Virus record (IMG/VR): IMGVR_UViG_3300045988_179268
Location: 128,001-192,000 of that record
Strand: one strand, 5' to 3'
Length of the DNA stretch: 64,000 nt
Source of the DNA: a virus
The notes below the pieces were generated by a model. That model worked only from the letters and a program-made list of their open reading frames with translations, had not been told where the DNA came from and made no database searches. Below, piece by piece: positions 26,401-34,251 of this stretch. Within the stretch, counting starts at the first letter, position 1. The number at the start of each line of letters is the position of its first letter. A program made the position numbers and the translations under genes.

Positions 26401-27264
26401 ATGATTGCCCCATACACGTTCTTAATTCCGCTAGTTGTCGGCGGTATTGGTATCCTCGCCTCAGTCTGGCTATTTAAGACGTTTGTCAGTAATGATGCTG
26501 ACGGCGGCGATTCTCGCCACTGGTGGATGAATTGCACCCATGTAGGTGTCTGGGTCGTACTGCTACTGTCCCTGCTGATTGTTGGTGTGGTAACCAAGCC
26601 TGGAGAGGCGGCATTCGGGAACCTGCTGACTGGTTGGGGTGTTGGAGGGTTTATCGCCCTTGTCGTTAGCGTGCTTCTCCTGATGCTATTTGATGCTTTC
26701 GATGAGGATGACGGGTTGTGGGCTGGTCGTGTGCTTCGCACCTGGTCTACCGTAGGTCTGCTTCTCCTGACGCAAGGCTTGTGGAGTGCTAGTGCTTCAC
26801 CGTCCAGGTTTGGTTCAAACCCGGTGTCGCTAGAGTATGCGGTTGCCGCCGATGGCTCCAAAACATCTGTGGTGTCTGAAAAATATCAGCTAGTGAAAGG
26901 TGAATCTGAGACGTGGGTTTCTGTAGGTAAAGAAGACCGTGGTAGTAAAGAACCTGTTCAGGTATATTCATGGGTTGAGGCTCGTGAACTATCCTCCTCA
27001 GGCGAGGTGCTGGTTGCCTCTAAGGTAATCTATAAGTCGGATGAGGATGAGGTTGCCGTGATTGATGATGTCCCAGCAAACGGCAAAGCCTGGGTTGAGT
27101 ACAGAGACATGTTCTACCTCGCCCCCGCCGGTCTCCTAGATTCTTCCCGCCCAGACCCCCTACAGGGTAAGCTGTGCGTACAGGGTCGAGATAGCGGATG
27201 CGCGGTGAACGCGAAGCCCGCATACAAGAAGATTATGATTCACGTACCAATGGGCGGAAAGTAG
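26401..27264 (+). CDS. membrane protein, paralog family 3 (distal member)
   Basis: 287 aa with N-terminal TM helices. The C-terminal domain has LCVQGRDSGCAVNAKPAYKKIMIHVPMGG, matching ICTRYHSDRSNCSVNAKGAGSKATIHIPEGS of 49180..50097. Confidence 0.65.
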   Translation: MIAPYTFLIPLVVGGIGILASVWLFKTFVSNDADGGDSRHWWMNCTHVGVWVVLLLSLLIVGVVTKPGEAAFGNLLTGWGVGGFIALVVSVLLLMLFDAFDEDDGLWAGRVLRTWSTVGLLLLTQGLWSASASPSRFGSNPVSLEYAVAADGSKTSVVSEKYQLVKGESETWVSVGKEDRGSKEPVQVYSWVEARELSSSGEVLVASKVIYKSDEDEVAVIDDVPANGKAWVEYRDMFYLAPAGLLDSSRPDPLQGKLCVQGRDSGCAVNAKPAYKKIMIHVPMGGK

Positions 27265-27363
27265 GGCACTATGGCTAACTTCTTTGTAGGTCTGTTTCTA
27301 CTATTGGTTTTATTGTTCTTCTGATCGCGGACTTTTTGGCTCATTGTTGCCTGGTTCGCAGGA

Positions 27364-27561
27364 ATGTTCTTATGGGTAAGCGCCTTTGGTTATGCCCTAT
27401 CCTTAATGTTTAGTGATTCATCGGCAACCCCGTATGTGTGGGGCGCTATCCTGGGCATACCCCTGTGGTGTATCGGCAGTCTCTTCTACTCGACATTTGA
27501 GTTTTGCGGGGAAAGCCGTGATTCGCAGTGGGAACCACATTACCCACGTTATAGGCGTTGA
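27364..27561 (+). CDS. small membrane protein
   Basis: 65 aa, two helices. Confidence 0.4.
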   Translation: MFLWVSAFGYALSLMFSDSSATPYVWGAILGIPLWCIGSLFYSTFEFCGESRDSQWEPHYPRYRR

Positions 27562-27598
27562 GCTGTCGTATGGCTATTCGTTGCTTGGAAAGGTGTAA

Positions 27599-27913
27599 GT
27601 GTTGCCTGATTCACATTTTATACTTAGTGTATTGGCGTTCATCGTGATTGCTTGGGTCTGGAGCACGCTCTGGTTCTCACCCTTTAAAAAAGGTTGGCGC
27701 GGCTTCGTTGAGTGCGCTGGTTGGTCCGGGTTTGCGGCAATGTTCCTGAGCCTCTTTATGCTTTTTGCGGCGCAGATGATAAATCGCCCCATCCGTGATG
27801 GCGAGTTTCTGACTGTAGCTCTGATTGAACTAGTGGTGTTCGTCATATCCACCGTGTGCATATGTATCCCCGATTGGTTGCCTGCCGGTAATGATGTGAA
27901 CGATGCAGAATAG
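27599..27913 (+). CDS. small membrane protein
   Basis: 104 aa, GTG start with GAAAGG 5 nt upstream, three helices. Confidence 0.5.
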   Translation: MLPDSHFILSVLAFIVIAWVWSTLWFSPFKKGWRGFVECAGWSGFAAMFLSLFMLFAAQMINRPIRDGEFLTVALIELVVFVISTVCICIPDWLPAGNDVNDAE

Positions 27914-27975
27914 CGGTATGATAGAAAGCGTAGGGTAACTCTACCTCACTATCTCATTCCATTTAGGAGGCACAT

Positions 27976-28095
27976 ATGGCTTACAATGCTTCACGCGGTT
28001 TCTTGCGTTCTTTCGGAATTTCCACGGCAGGTTATTTTATGGGGTTCGCTTTGGCTGACCTAATTTTCACCTTTATCTCTAGAGGTGGCTTCTAG
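27976..28095 (+). CDS. tiny membrane protein (39 aa, not in ORF track)
   Basis: AGGAGG RBS 6 nt upstream of the ATG. One helix (GYFMGFALADLIFTFI). Followed by a terminator. Confidence 0.5.
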   Translation: MAYNASRGFLRSFGISTAGYFMGFALADLIFTFISRGGF

Positions 28096-28158
28096 AGGTA
28101 CGAAATAGCCCTGCTGACCAGTGAGTAATTACTGCTCGATACAAGCACGTATTGAATG

Positions 28159-28198
28159 AAGAGCCTTCTAAGTGTAGAAATGCAGTTAGAAGGCTCTT
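28159..28198 (+). terminator. rho-independent terminator
   Basis: 12-bp perfect stem aagagccttcta / tagaaggctctt. Confidence 0.8.
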
Positions 28199-28279
28199 TG
28201 TGTACCTGCCGCTACAGCTGTCCGCGCTTCAACACTGCGTTTCAGTAAGAGCATTAATCCCATAAGCAACCCTGAAATA

Positions 28280-28290
28280 TGTGGTAAACT
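28280..28290 (+). promoter_or_regulatory. SigA-type promoter, extended -10
   Basis: TGTGGTAAACT. Confidence 0.65.
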
Positions 28291-28346
28291 ATGAATAGTC
28301 AATAAGTCCTGTGTTCACAATGACCACCTATAGAAAGGTTGCAAAT

Positions 28347-29120
28347 ATGCCTGTTTCTCCCCGCGATATTATTTATATTCACTCTCCCTTTTACGTTCAC
28401 GCCGTAAAGTCGGAAAAGAATCTTGACGGTGAATTTCTCACCGTGTCCGGTGTAGAATATGATGGCGAATATTGGAGGGACTTTCCGGTTCAGGAAGGCA
28501 ATTATGTCACCCTGGCAGAAAATGCCTCTGAGTGTGATGTTTGCAAGTGGTTTGACTATGCGCACCGCCTCCACAGCATCACCCGCGCTATCTTCGTTCC
28601 CCGCGAAGATGAGGGGGCGGCTTACCGTAACTACTGCCAGAACAGCGATATACCTCGATACCATCTGTGTTTGTCGCTGACTGACCGTAACCCCGCCAAT
28701 ACCGTCTCTAAACTCTTGCTTGATGCTAAGGATGCTCTTGCTGAGGCGCGCGATTGGGTACTGAAAAAGCGCCGCGAGTGTCTAGATGTTTTTGCTGAGC
28801 GCTACGCTGATTATCAGAAAGAACCCTCTGATGAGCCTCTTAATGAGGTGTTAGGTAGTGTCTATGCTGAAATGTTCAGCTTCGGGGGAGGTAAGCCTCT
28901 ATGCCTCCCCTCCCCGGCTGAGGGATACGTTATCTATGGCAAGACCTATGACGAATGCGCCGCCCGGTTGATGGAGGTCACCTTCGAAATGATGTTCGAT
29001 ATTAGTAAGAGCATTAGCTATATCGAGTGGGTGCATAGTGAGCTTGATTCCCTCTATAATGAACTGGCGCGTAAGTTCGACCCTGCCTGCTGGGAAGTAG
29101 TAGAGAAGCTTTCCATCTAA
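28347..29120 (+). CDS. paralog family 1 protein (short member)
   Basis: 257 aa from ATG 28347 (GAAAGG RBS 8 nt upstream). SPRDIIYIHSPFYV, EARDWVLKKRREC, GGGKPLCLPS..FDISKSISYIEWVHSEL. Confidence 0.7.
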   Translation: MPVSPRDIIYIHSPFYVHAVKSEKNLDGEFLTVSGVEYDGEYWRDFPVQEGNYVTLAENASECDVCKWFDYAHRLHSITRAIFVPREDEGAAYRNYCQNSDIPRYHLCLSLTDRNPANTVSKLLLDAKDALAEARDWVLKKRRECLDVFAERYADYQKEPSDEPLNEVLGSVYAEMFSFGGGKPLCLPSPAEGYVIYGKTYDECAARLMEVTFEMMFDISKSISYIEWVHSELDSLYNELARKFDPACWEVVEKLSI

Positions 29121-29189
29121 TAATCGCGTTGCCTCTTAGCCATATGCTTTAGCTGAGGGGCAACGCAATGTTTAGATGACGGTGTTGAT

Positions 29190-29438
29190 ATGGATTTTTA
29201 TTTTGCTGAGTTAGGGAACGTACTCCTTGCTGTGCTGGTTGTGGTTGCACTCGCGATACACAGCATCCTCTTTCTGGTAGGATTTGCTACTATTATCGCT
29301 CTGTCTTGCCGTGTGGCAAATTTTATCCTTGTAGACCTTTCACCTGGTAAGCGTAAGCTGGCTTTGACGGCGCTTATTACCGTCGATATTGTTTTAGTTA
29401 TTGCCGCGATAGCGGCGACAGTATCCCTAATGCGTTGA
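29190..29438 (+). CDS. small membrane protein
   Basis: 82 aa, three helices. Confidence 0.45.
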   Translation: MDFYFAELGNVLLAVLVVVALAIHSILFLVGFATIIALSCRVANFILVDLSPGKRKLALTALITVDIVLVIAAIAATVSLMR

Positions 29439-29485
29439 GGCGTATCCCTGCTGTACGTCAAGCTTAATTTGTTAGGTAGTGTTTT

Positions 29486-29731
29486 ATGACTCCTTATGCT
29501 TCCTATGTCGCAATGGCTATTATGAACTCTTTGTCACTTGCGATTAATGGCTTTCTCATTGGTTTTGCAGGGTATATTTTAGTTGTGCGTTTTTCAAGTA
29601 GTGTGACTAAGGTGCTTGGATGCTTGCTTATGGTTGGCGGGTTCATTGTGACTCTTCTGGGTATCTTTTTGACGCTTTCGCCGCATGTACCGGAAAGTTC
29701 AACGTTTACAATTTCTGGTTATAGCAAGTAG
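29486..29731 (+). CDS. small membrane protein
   Basis: 81 aa, two to three helices. Confidence 0.5.
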   Translation: MTPYASYVAMAIMNSLSLAINGFLIGFAGYILVVRFSSSVTKVLGCLLMVGGFIVTLLGIFLTLSPHVPESSTFTISGYSK

Positions 29732-29757
29732 TTACAATTTGCGTACTGTCTAAAATA

Positions 29758-29768
29758 TGTGCTACACT
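29758..29768 (+). promoter_or_regulatory. SigA-type promoter, extended -10
   Basis: TGTGCTACACT followed by the conserved GTAAATGTAGCGAGG leader. Confidence 0.7.
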
Positions 29769-29842
29769 GTAAATGTAGCGAGGAAGAAGGCTTCTAGAAA
29801 AGCTACAGACCATCCACTGCTTACCGAAAGGCTATCTCCATC

Positions 29843-30232
29843 ATGTGTGAATCCATTCTCAACTTCCAGGGCGAAACCCAGACCTTCAAGGCATACATCG
29901 ACCCCATCGACAGCTTCACCGCCGACAGCCTTGCAGGAACCCTTAACGAGAAGGCACGCACCATCTCCATTGCTTGCGGTGAAGGTGACACGGAGGCAAC
30001 CCTCTACTTCTTTGATGAAGACCAGCGCGCAATCGAAGTTGAGGACGAAGACGGCAACATTTCGACCGTAACCGCAACCGTAGACTTGAGCCGCCTCGAA
30101 TACGACGACAAGCTCATCCTACAGCTCATGGGCGCGCGTGACTTGCTGGGCGAACAGGTGTCCATCTTCCAGGGCATTAACTTTATTGATGTGTCCATTG
30201 AGGAGGCTGTGTCTAACCAGCTTGGAATCTAG
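29843..30232 (+). CDS. small very acidic protein (family 4, N-terminal SILNFQG motif)
   Basis: 129 aa, TTACCGAAAGG leader, C-ending codons, ends ..NQLGI. Confidence 0.7.
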   Translation: MCESILNFQGETQTFKAYIDPIDSFTADSLAGTLNEKARTISIACGEGDTEATLYFFDEDQRAIEVEDEDGNISTVTATVDLSRLEYDDKLILQLMGARDLLGEQVSIFQGINFIDVSIEEAVSNQLGI

Positions 30233-30252
30233 CTAACACCCGGAGAGGTGGT

Positions 30253-30282
30253 CGCCCGCGTATCGCCAAGGACACGCGGGCG
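30253..30282 (+). terminator. terminator-like hairpin
   Basis: 9-bp GC-rich stem cgcccgcgt / acgcgggcg. No clear T-run. Confidence 0.5.
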
Positions 30283-30703
30283 GTTCCATACCCAATACAT
30301 CCCAGCAATATGCGGGGCAACTATCTGGTGCCACCATCATTAATTAGGACAAGTTGCTTTTCTATCGGCGTGAAGACATGATGCTCCCTATATTCTTCTT
30401 CCAGATGATAACCCCTTAGTGGATGAGGTCTATACCCCATCTCAGTAAGGGGTTATCTCTATACCGATGTCCCCCGCTAGTCGTTGGCGCGGCTATTGCC
30501 AGGCTGGGTCTGTCTCTAAGGGCGTCCTCACTGAATGATGCGCGCCCTTAAGATTCTCCCCTGAGAGATTGAAGATACTCTCAACAATGAAGCACTGATT
30601 GTCGAGAGTATCGGTGTCACCAAGAAACTTTCCCAGTCCCTTAAGCTGGTTGCCGAATAAGGCTTTCATTGCATCAAGAAGAGCCGCCCATCAGTAAGAG
30701 ATA

Positions 30704-30712
30704 TTGTACAAT
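30704..30712 (+). promoter_or_regulatory. promoter of structured RNA copy A
   Basis: TTGTACAAT within the palindrome ATATTGTACAATAT. Aligns with TGGTATAAT and TGATACAAT of copies B and C. Confidence 0.5.
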
Positions 30713-30719
30713 ATAAATA

Positions 30720-30912
30720 ACACCTCGCCTGTGAGAGATGGGAGAGGTGTTGAATCTAAACGGATAGGTGACTCTGGTTGCCTGTCAAGACCAGGATAGC
30801 TGGCTCAGGTCGGCTTGAGGGTCACCGTTAGGGAGAATCCCTGACCCACCCAGACATGGAAGAGTAGATATATTATCATGTCTTCTCTTGCGTGTTTTGA
30901 GGTGGCTCTACG
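30720..30912 (+). ncRNA. structured RNA family, copy A (~190 nt, unknown class)
   Basis: Shares CACCTCGCCTGTGAGAGAYGGGAGAGGT, AAAYAAACGGA, GTCAAGACCAGGA, GTYAGGGAGAATCCCTGACCCACCCAG and GAGGTGGCTCTA with copies B and C. Helices are kept despite sequence change. Confidence 0.7.
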
Positions 30913-31061
30913 AAAAAATTGTGTTGCACGTACCTGCTGGAACCACAAAGTAAAAGGTGCCCTGCTGATATTTATCCTCTAACCGTGGGCGCGTATCGTA
31001 GATAGTGTGGCTAAAGCCGCTCAGGTTTGCGAGGGCTGGCAGTTGTGCCACCTATTAAAGT

Positions 31062-31072
31062 TGTGATAGAAT
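31062..31072 (+). promoter_or_regulatory. SigA-type promoter, extended -10
   Basis: TGTGATAGAAT. The ATG of track ORF 31071 lies inside this -10. Confidence 0.6.
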
Positions 31073-31078
31073 GGATTT

Positions 31079-31182
31079 GTCCTCCTTAAGGGGTGGATGT
31101 CATTGTGGATGGGGCTCCCCGGCAATTCACTATGTGACCTGCGGATGTTTGGTCATATGGCGGCTTGCCGGGGTGTTTCTTT
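31079..31182 (+). ncRNA. candidate small RNA (~100 nt)
   Basis: Promoter, then a long hairpin with outer stem ccccggcaa / ttgccgggg (31117-31173) and inner stem atgtgacc / ggtcatat, then tgtttcttt. Confidence 0.45.
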
Positions 31183-31526
31183 ATGCTCGGCAATATCTTT
31201 ATTACATAACGGTTGCCTGCATTATAATTGCTATGGGTGACGGAATGGTTTCCTTGGTTGATGTGGGCGTGTCGCTTGCAAAATTACACGTTGCTGTGTT
31301 ATATTTAGAAATGACTGCCTCCTGTTGGCAATTCTTTCTTTCTGGGTGACCCCAAGTTTCATTATGCGGATTCTGCTTACTCGCGTAATGGGGCTTGGGG
31401 TTTCTTCTTTGTAGGCATCTCCCTTATAGACAATATGGCATTAGGTTCGAAACCCCTGCCTGGGCAAGCGGGCGACCCCCTTATTTGCGCCGCCTGCATC
31501 CCTAACTCGCAGATAGTTAAAAGATA

Positions 31527-31535
31527 TGGTATAAT
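31527..31535 (+). promoter_or_regulatory. promoter of structured RNA copy B
   Basis: TGGTATAAT. The upstream CGCAGATAGTTAAAAGATA is shared with copy C. Confidence 0.65.
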
Positions 31536-31542
31536 CCAAGTA

Positions 31543-31752
31543 TTACCTCGCCTGTGAGAGACGGGAGAGGTCGTTAAAATAAACGGACACTACTAAGCTC
31601 AGATGGGTTACGGTGGTGTCAAGACCAGGAGGGCTGACCCTTTGTTGGGTTGGCTTGAGGGTTACCGTCAGGGAGAATCCCTGACCCACCCAGCCGTTGG
31701 GAGAGTAGGCATACCATCATGCCTTTTCTCGCGTGTTTTGAGGTGGCTCTAC
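31543..31752 (+). ncRNA. structured RNA family, copy B (~210 nt; may extend to the 31781-31811 terminator)
   Basis: Same conserved blocks as A and C. Helix GACACTAC/GTGGTGTC replaces GATAGG/CCTGTC of copy A. Confidence 0.7.
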
Positions 31753-31780
31753 TTTGAGAGCATCTAGCCCCTAGTTACGT

Positions 31781-31811
31781 AAACCCCCTACAGGAAGCCC
31801 ATAGGGGGTTT
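31781..31811 (+). terminator. rho-independent terminator
   Basis: 10-bp stem aaacccccta / tagggggttt. Confidence 0.75.
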
Positions 31812-31994
31812 ATTGGTATTCACTATCACCTTATCGCGCTTCTTTTCAGCCTTGAAAGCCCCTCAGTCGCCACGTAAGCCAGGAAAACCAATGATTACTA
31901 AAATCCCCCATAGTACACAGTAAAAGGTGTTAGAATCGCTTTCAACGGCTTTCTAGGCGTGTCGCCACACCATTTGCGTAACCCGTAATCTTTA

Positions 31995-32003
31995 TGCTAA
32001 ACT
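31995..32003 (+). promoter_or_regulatory. SigA-type promoter, extended -10
   Basis: TGCTAAACT, 137 nt upstream of ATG 32140. The leader contains a 12-bp hairpin. Confidence 0.5.
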
Positions 32004-32139
32004 AGGCTTATCCTCCTTTGAGGGATTGGTTGATTACTGTTGGGATTCCCCTGGCGACCTGTTGCGTGGCGTTAAATCATATTTAGCACGATGGGTTGCC
32101 AGGGGTTTCCTGCACTCTAGACAGAAAGAATAATCCACT

Positions 32140-32961
32140 ATGGAAACTTTGCATACTTTGGCAGGCAGTATGCCACTGGCATACATTACGGCAACACTTG
32201 ATACAGTAACTCCACCCGAATCTCTTATCACTCTATTTGATGAGTACTTTCAGTATTTCGCGCGTAAGGGTCATGTTGAACCGTCGGACGCTGAGCAAGT
32301 ACGCCCCATTCTAGACCTCATCAACTATGATTACTCACTGCCGAGTGGTGATAATGGGTTGCCAGGCGCAAACAATAATGTATCTCTGCTGGATAGCATT
32401 GCTGGGTTGCCGCCTGTAGCAACTCTAGCCGCCCGATACAGGTTCATGCAGGAAGTTTACGGCAATAATCCACAGAAAGATGGAATCCCGGCGGCATTGA
32501 CGGGCGAAATGCTTACCAGCGAGGCAGTGGCAGAAGCTCTAGAAGTTACTGAACGACACTTAGCGGAACGCCTTGACGTAAATGAAGGCGGCGGTGTCCT
32601 TAGCGTAGACACTCCGGGCGGCGTTCGGTATCCAGCAAAGCAGTTTAATGCTGATGGCTCGGTGAATAGGCTTGTGGCGACGCTGATTCGATGGCTACCA
32701 CGCAGGCTTATCGAGGGGCAGGAATGGGTAAAGCTTTTCATCCCCCATGTCGCCCTTGGGTACGTATCCCCGGTGGAGTATGCGAAGATTAGTGATGACC
32801 ATAGGGAATCTCTTGCTTTTGCGTATTCGCGCTGTGAGGAATGGGTAGATGACGCGGCTCACATGGAAGCATACATGAGTGGCGATTTTGAAAATAGCCC
32901 CTATTGGGATGACTATGCCGATAGATTGGAGGAGTGGGTTGTTGAAGATGGTTTAGCGTGA
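32140..32961 (+). CDS. HTH plus DUF2384-like protein, paralog family 2
   Basis: 273 aa. GIPAALTGEMLTSEAVAEALEVTERHL, VRYPAKQFNADGSV, ALGYVSPVEYAKISDDHRE. Confidence 0.7.
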   Translation: METLHTLAGSMPLAYITATLDTVTPPESLITLFDEYFQYFARKGHVEPSDAEQVRPILDLINYDYSLPSGDNGLPGANNNVSLLDSIAGLPPVATLAARYRFMQEVYGNNPQKDGIPAALTGEMLTSEAVAEALEVTERHLAERLDVNEGGGVLSVDTPGGVRYPAKQFNADGSVNRLVATLIRWLPRRLIEGQEWVKLFIPHVALGYVSPVEYAKISDDHRESLAFAYSRCEEWVDDAAHMEAYMSGDFENSPYWDDYADRLEEWVVEDGLA

Positions 32962-33063
32962 GTATTGCGCGTGAAGCCCCTTGGGAAAAACTCTTCAAAA
33001 ATCGTCCCCACTAAGTTGCATACGGTTTCAAGGCATTCCTGCCCCGCAGACAGTTAAAAGATA

Positions 33064-33072
33064 TGATACAAT
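33064..33072 (+). promoter_or_regulatory. promoter of structured RNA copy C
   Basis: TGATACAAT with the shared upstream CGCAGACAGTTAAAAGATA. Confidence 0.65.
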
Positions 33073-33078
33073 CCAAGT

Positions 33079-33270
33079 ATCACCTCGCCTGTGAGAGACG
33101 GGAGAGGTACCTAAAATAAACGGACATTACCAACCCCAATAGCAATTGGGTGAAGATGGTGTCAAGACCAGGAAGGCTGGCGATAGCCAGCTGGAGGGTT
33201 ACCGTCAGGGCTAAGCCTTGACCCGCCTAACCGCGTAGAGGTATTTCCTTATGCGCGGGGGTGGCTCTAA
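33079..33270 (+). ncRNA. structured RNA family, copy C (~190 nt)
   Basis: Conserved blocks plus compensatory changes (GTCAGGGC-taa-GCCTTGAC; gctggc-gata-gccagc). No terminator before the CDS at 33353, so it may also act as its leader. Confidence 0.7.
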
Positions 33271-33352
33271 GAGATGGCACATTGCAAAATGAGCACCCTA
33301 ACCTCAGGTGTAAACAGGTATAACTCATCCAGTAATTAAGAGAGAGGCACCC

Positions 33353-33835
33353 ATGTCATCCGAGAAGCACCCCTACGTACAGCGCGAGAACTTCGACTCT
33401 GGAGAACTCTACAAGTTCTTTAAGGATAACCTTATCGGTCGCAAAATCACCAAGATTACCCATGAAAGCATCAAGCTTGATAACGGTTATGTTGTCAAGA
33501 TTCACCCTAACTATGGTTGCGACTGTGGCAAGGGCAACTCATTTATTGACTTCCCCTCTGCCAAGGGCGCCTTAGATGCCGCCATCATGAACATTGAGTA
33601 TGAGGAGACGGAGTATGACGAGAAGTTCGGTGAGCCTGGCTTCAAAATCTTCATCCTCATGAAAAACAACAAGATTTGCTTCGAAGGCAACGACGCATCC
33701 GATGGTGAGCCTTACTATGGCTCCGGCTTCTGGGTGGACGCGACCATGCCCGCAGACCGCGAACGCGAAGCCGAGGAAGCTAAGCGTAGGGAAGAGGCGC
33801 GCCGCGCCCGCAATGGCGGTATCCTCTGGTGGTAA
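33353..33835 (+). CDS. hypothetical protein with Arg/Glu-rich C-terminal tail
   Basis: 160-aa ORF with a purine-rich RBS. Contains CDCGKGN and a REREAEEAKRREEARRAR tail. Confidence 0.65.
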   Translation: MSSEKHPYVQRENFDSGELYKFFKDNLIGRKITKITHESIKLDNGYVVKIHPNYGCDCGKGNSFIDFPSAKGALDAAIMNIEYEETEYDEKFGEPGFKIFILMKNNKICFEGNDASDGEPYYGSGFWVDATMPADREREAEEAKRREEARRARNGGILWW

Positions 33836-34251
33836 GCAGTCTCATAGACGGTCATAACGAAAGAGGAATTACTAATACTTACTCCGCCAGAGCCACATGC
33901 AACGCATAAGTAATGCCTGTGTGTGGCTCAAGGATTACCTACTGCAAGGCACTCAAGCTATGCACCCTGGAACCCCAAACACTTGAGGTCAAAGCGGAAT
34001 GTCTGCCATAGGGAGGGGTGGCTTTCCGTTGGTTACCATTGGGCTTACACCCCTTGAGTGTTTGATGCTGACCGTTGGGTCGTGCAGGGCTGGCATCTCG
34101 TTACATAACACCCCGCGCTAGGTAAATTCATGCTGTGGTGTGCGGTTGTAGTATGAGCTGTATAAGGCTTCCGCATAAGAGTGTCTAGAAGTATCTGGAG
34201 CGCCCCTCTGGAGGCTTTTGGGCACCCTTGGGTAAAAACTGTATACGGGGA

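Noticed and set aside
30493-30669. 58-aa minus-strand ORF (MKALFGNQLKGLGKFLGDTDTLDNQ..) divergent from the palindromic promoter ATATTGTACAATAT of RNA copy A.
   Set aside because: The palindrome could fire in both directions, but the ORF has no RBS and no terminator, so coding is unsupported. It is noted only as a possibility.
31071-31349. 92-aa ORF between structured RNA copies A and B.
   Set aside because: Its ATG lies inside the -10 hexamer of the promoter at 31062-31072. It has no RBS, and it runs through a long hairpin and T-tract that look like an sRNA terminator.
31440-31460. tRNA T-loop-like GGTTCGAAACC.
   Set aside because: The flanking bases cannot form a 5-bp T-stem, and no acceptor, D or anticodon arms can be drawn around it.
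30720-33270. Assigning the three structured RNAs to a known class (SRP RNA because of GUCAAGACCAGGA; TPP, glycine, ykkC or ydaO riboswitches because of GAGAG/ACGG strings; 6S RNA because of end pairing; TnpB omega RNA).
   Set aside because: Only short, loose resemblances exist. The hallmark conserved cores of those families are absent, the SRP-like pairing is not kept in copies A and C, and the RNAs are 20 kb from tnpB and do not overlap its 3' end. They are left as an unknown class.
33860-34250. Possible fourth, degenerate copy of the structured RNA (GAGGGGTGGCTTTC at about 34010, hairpin gagccaca/tgtggctc at 33889-33932).
   Set aside because: Only the short GGTGGCT string is shared. None of the other conserved blocks or helices can be aligned.
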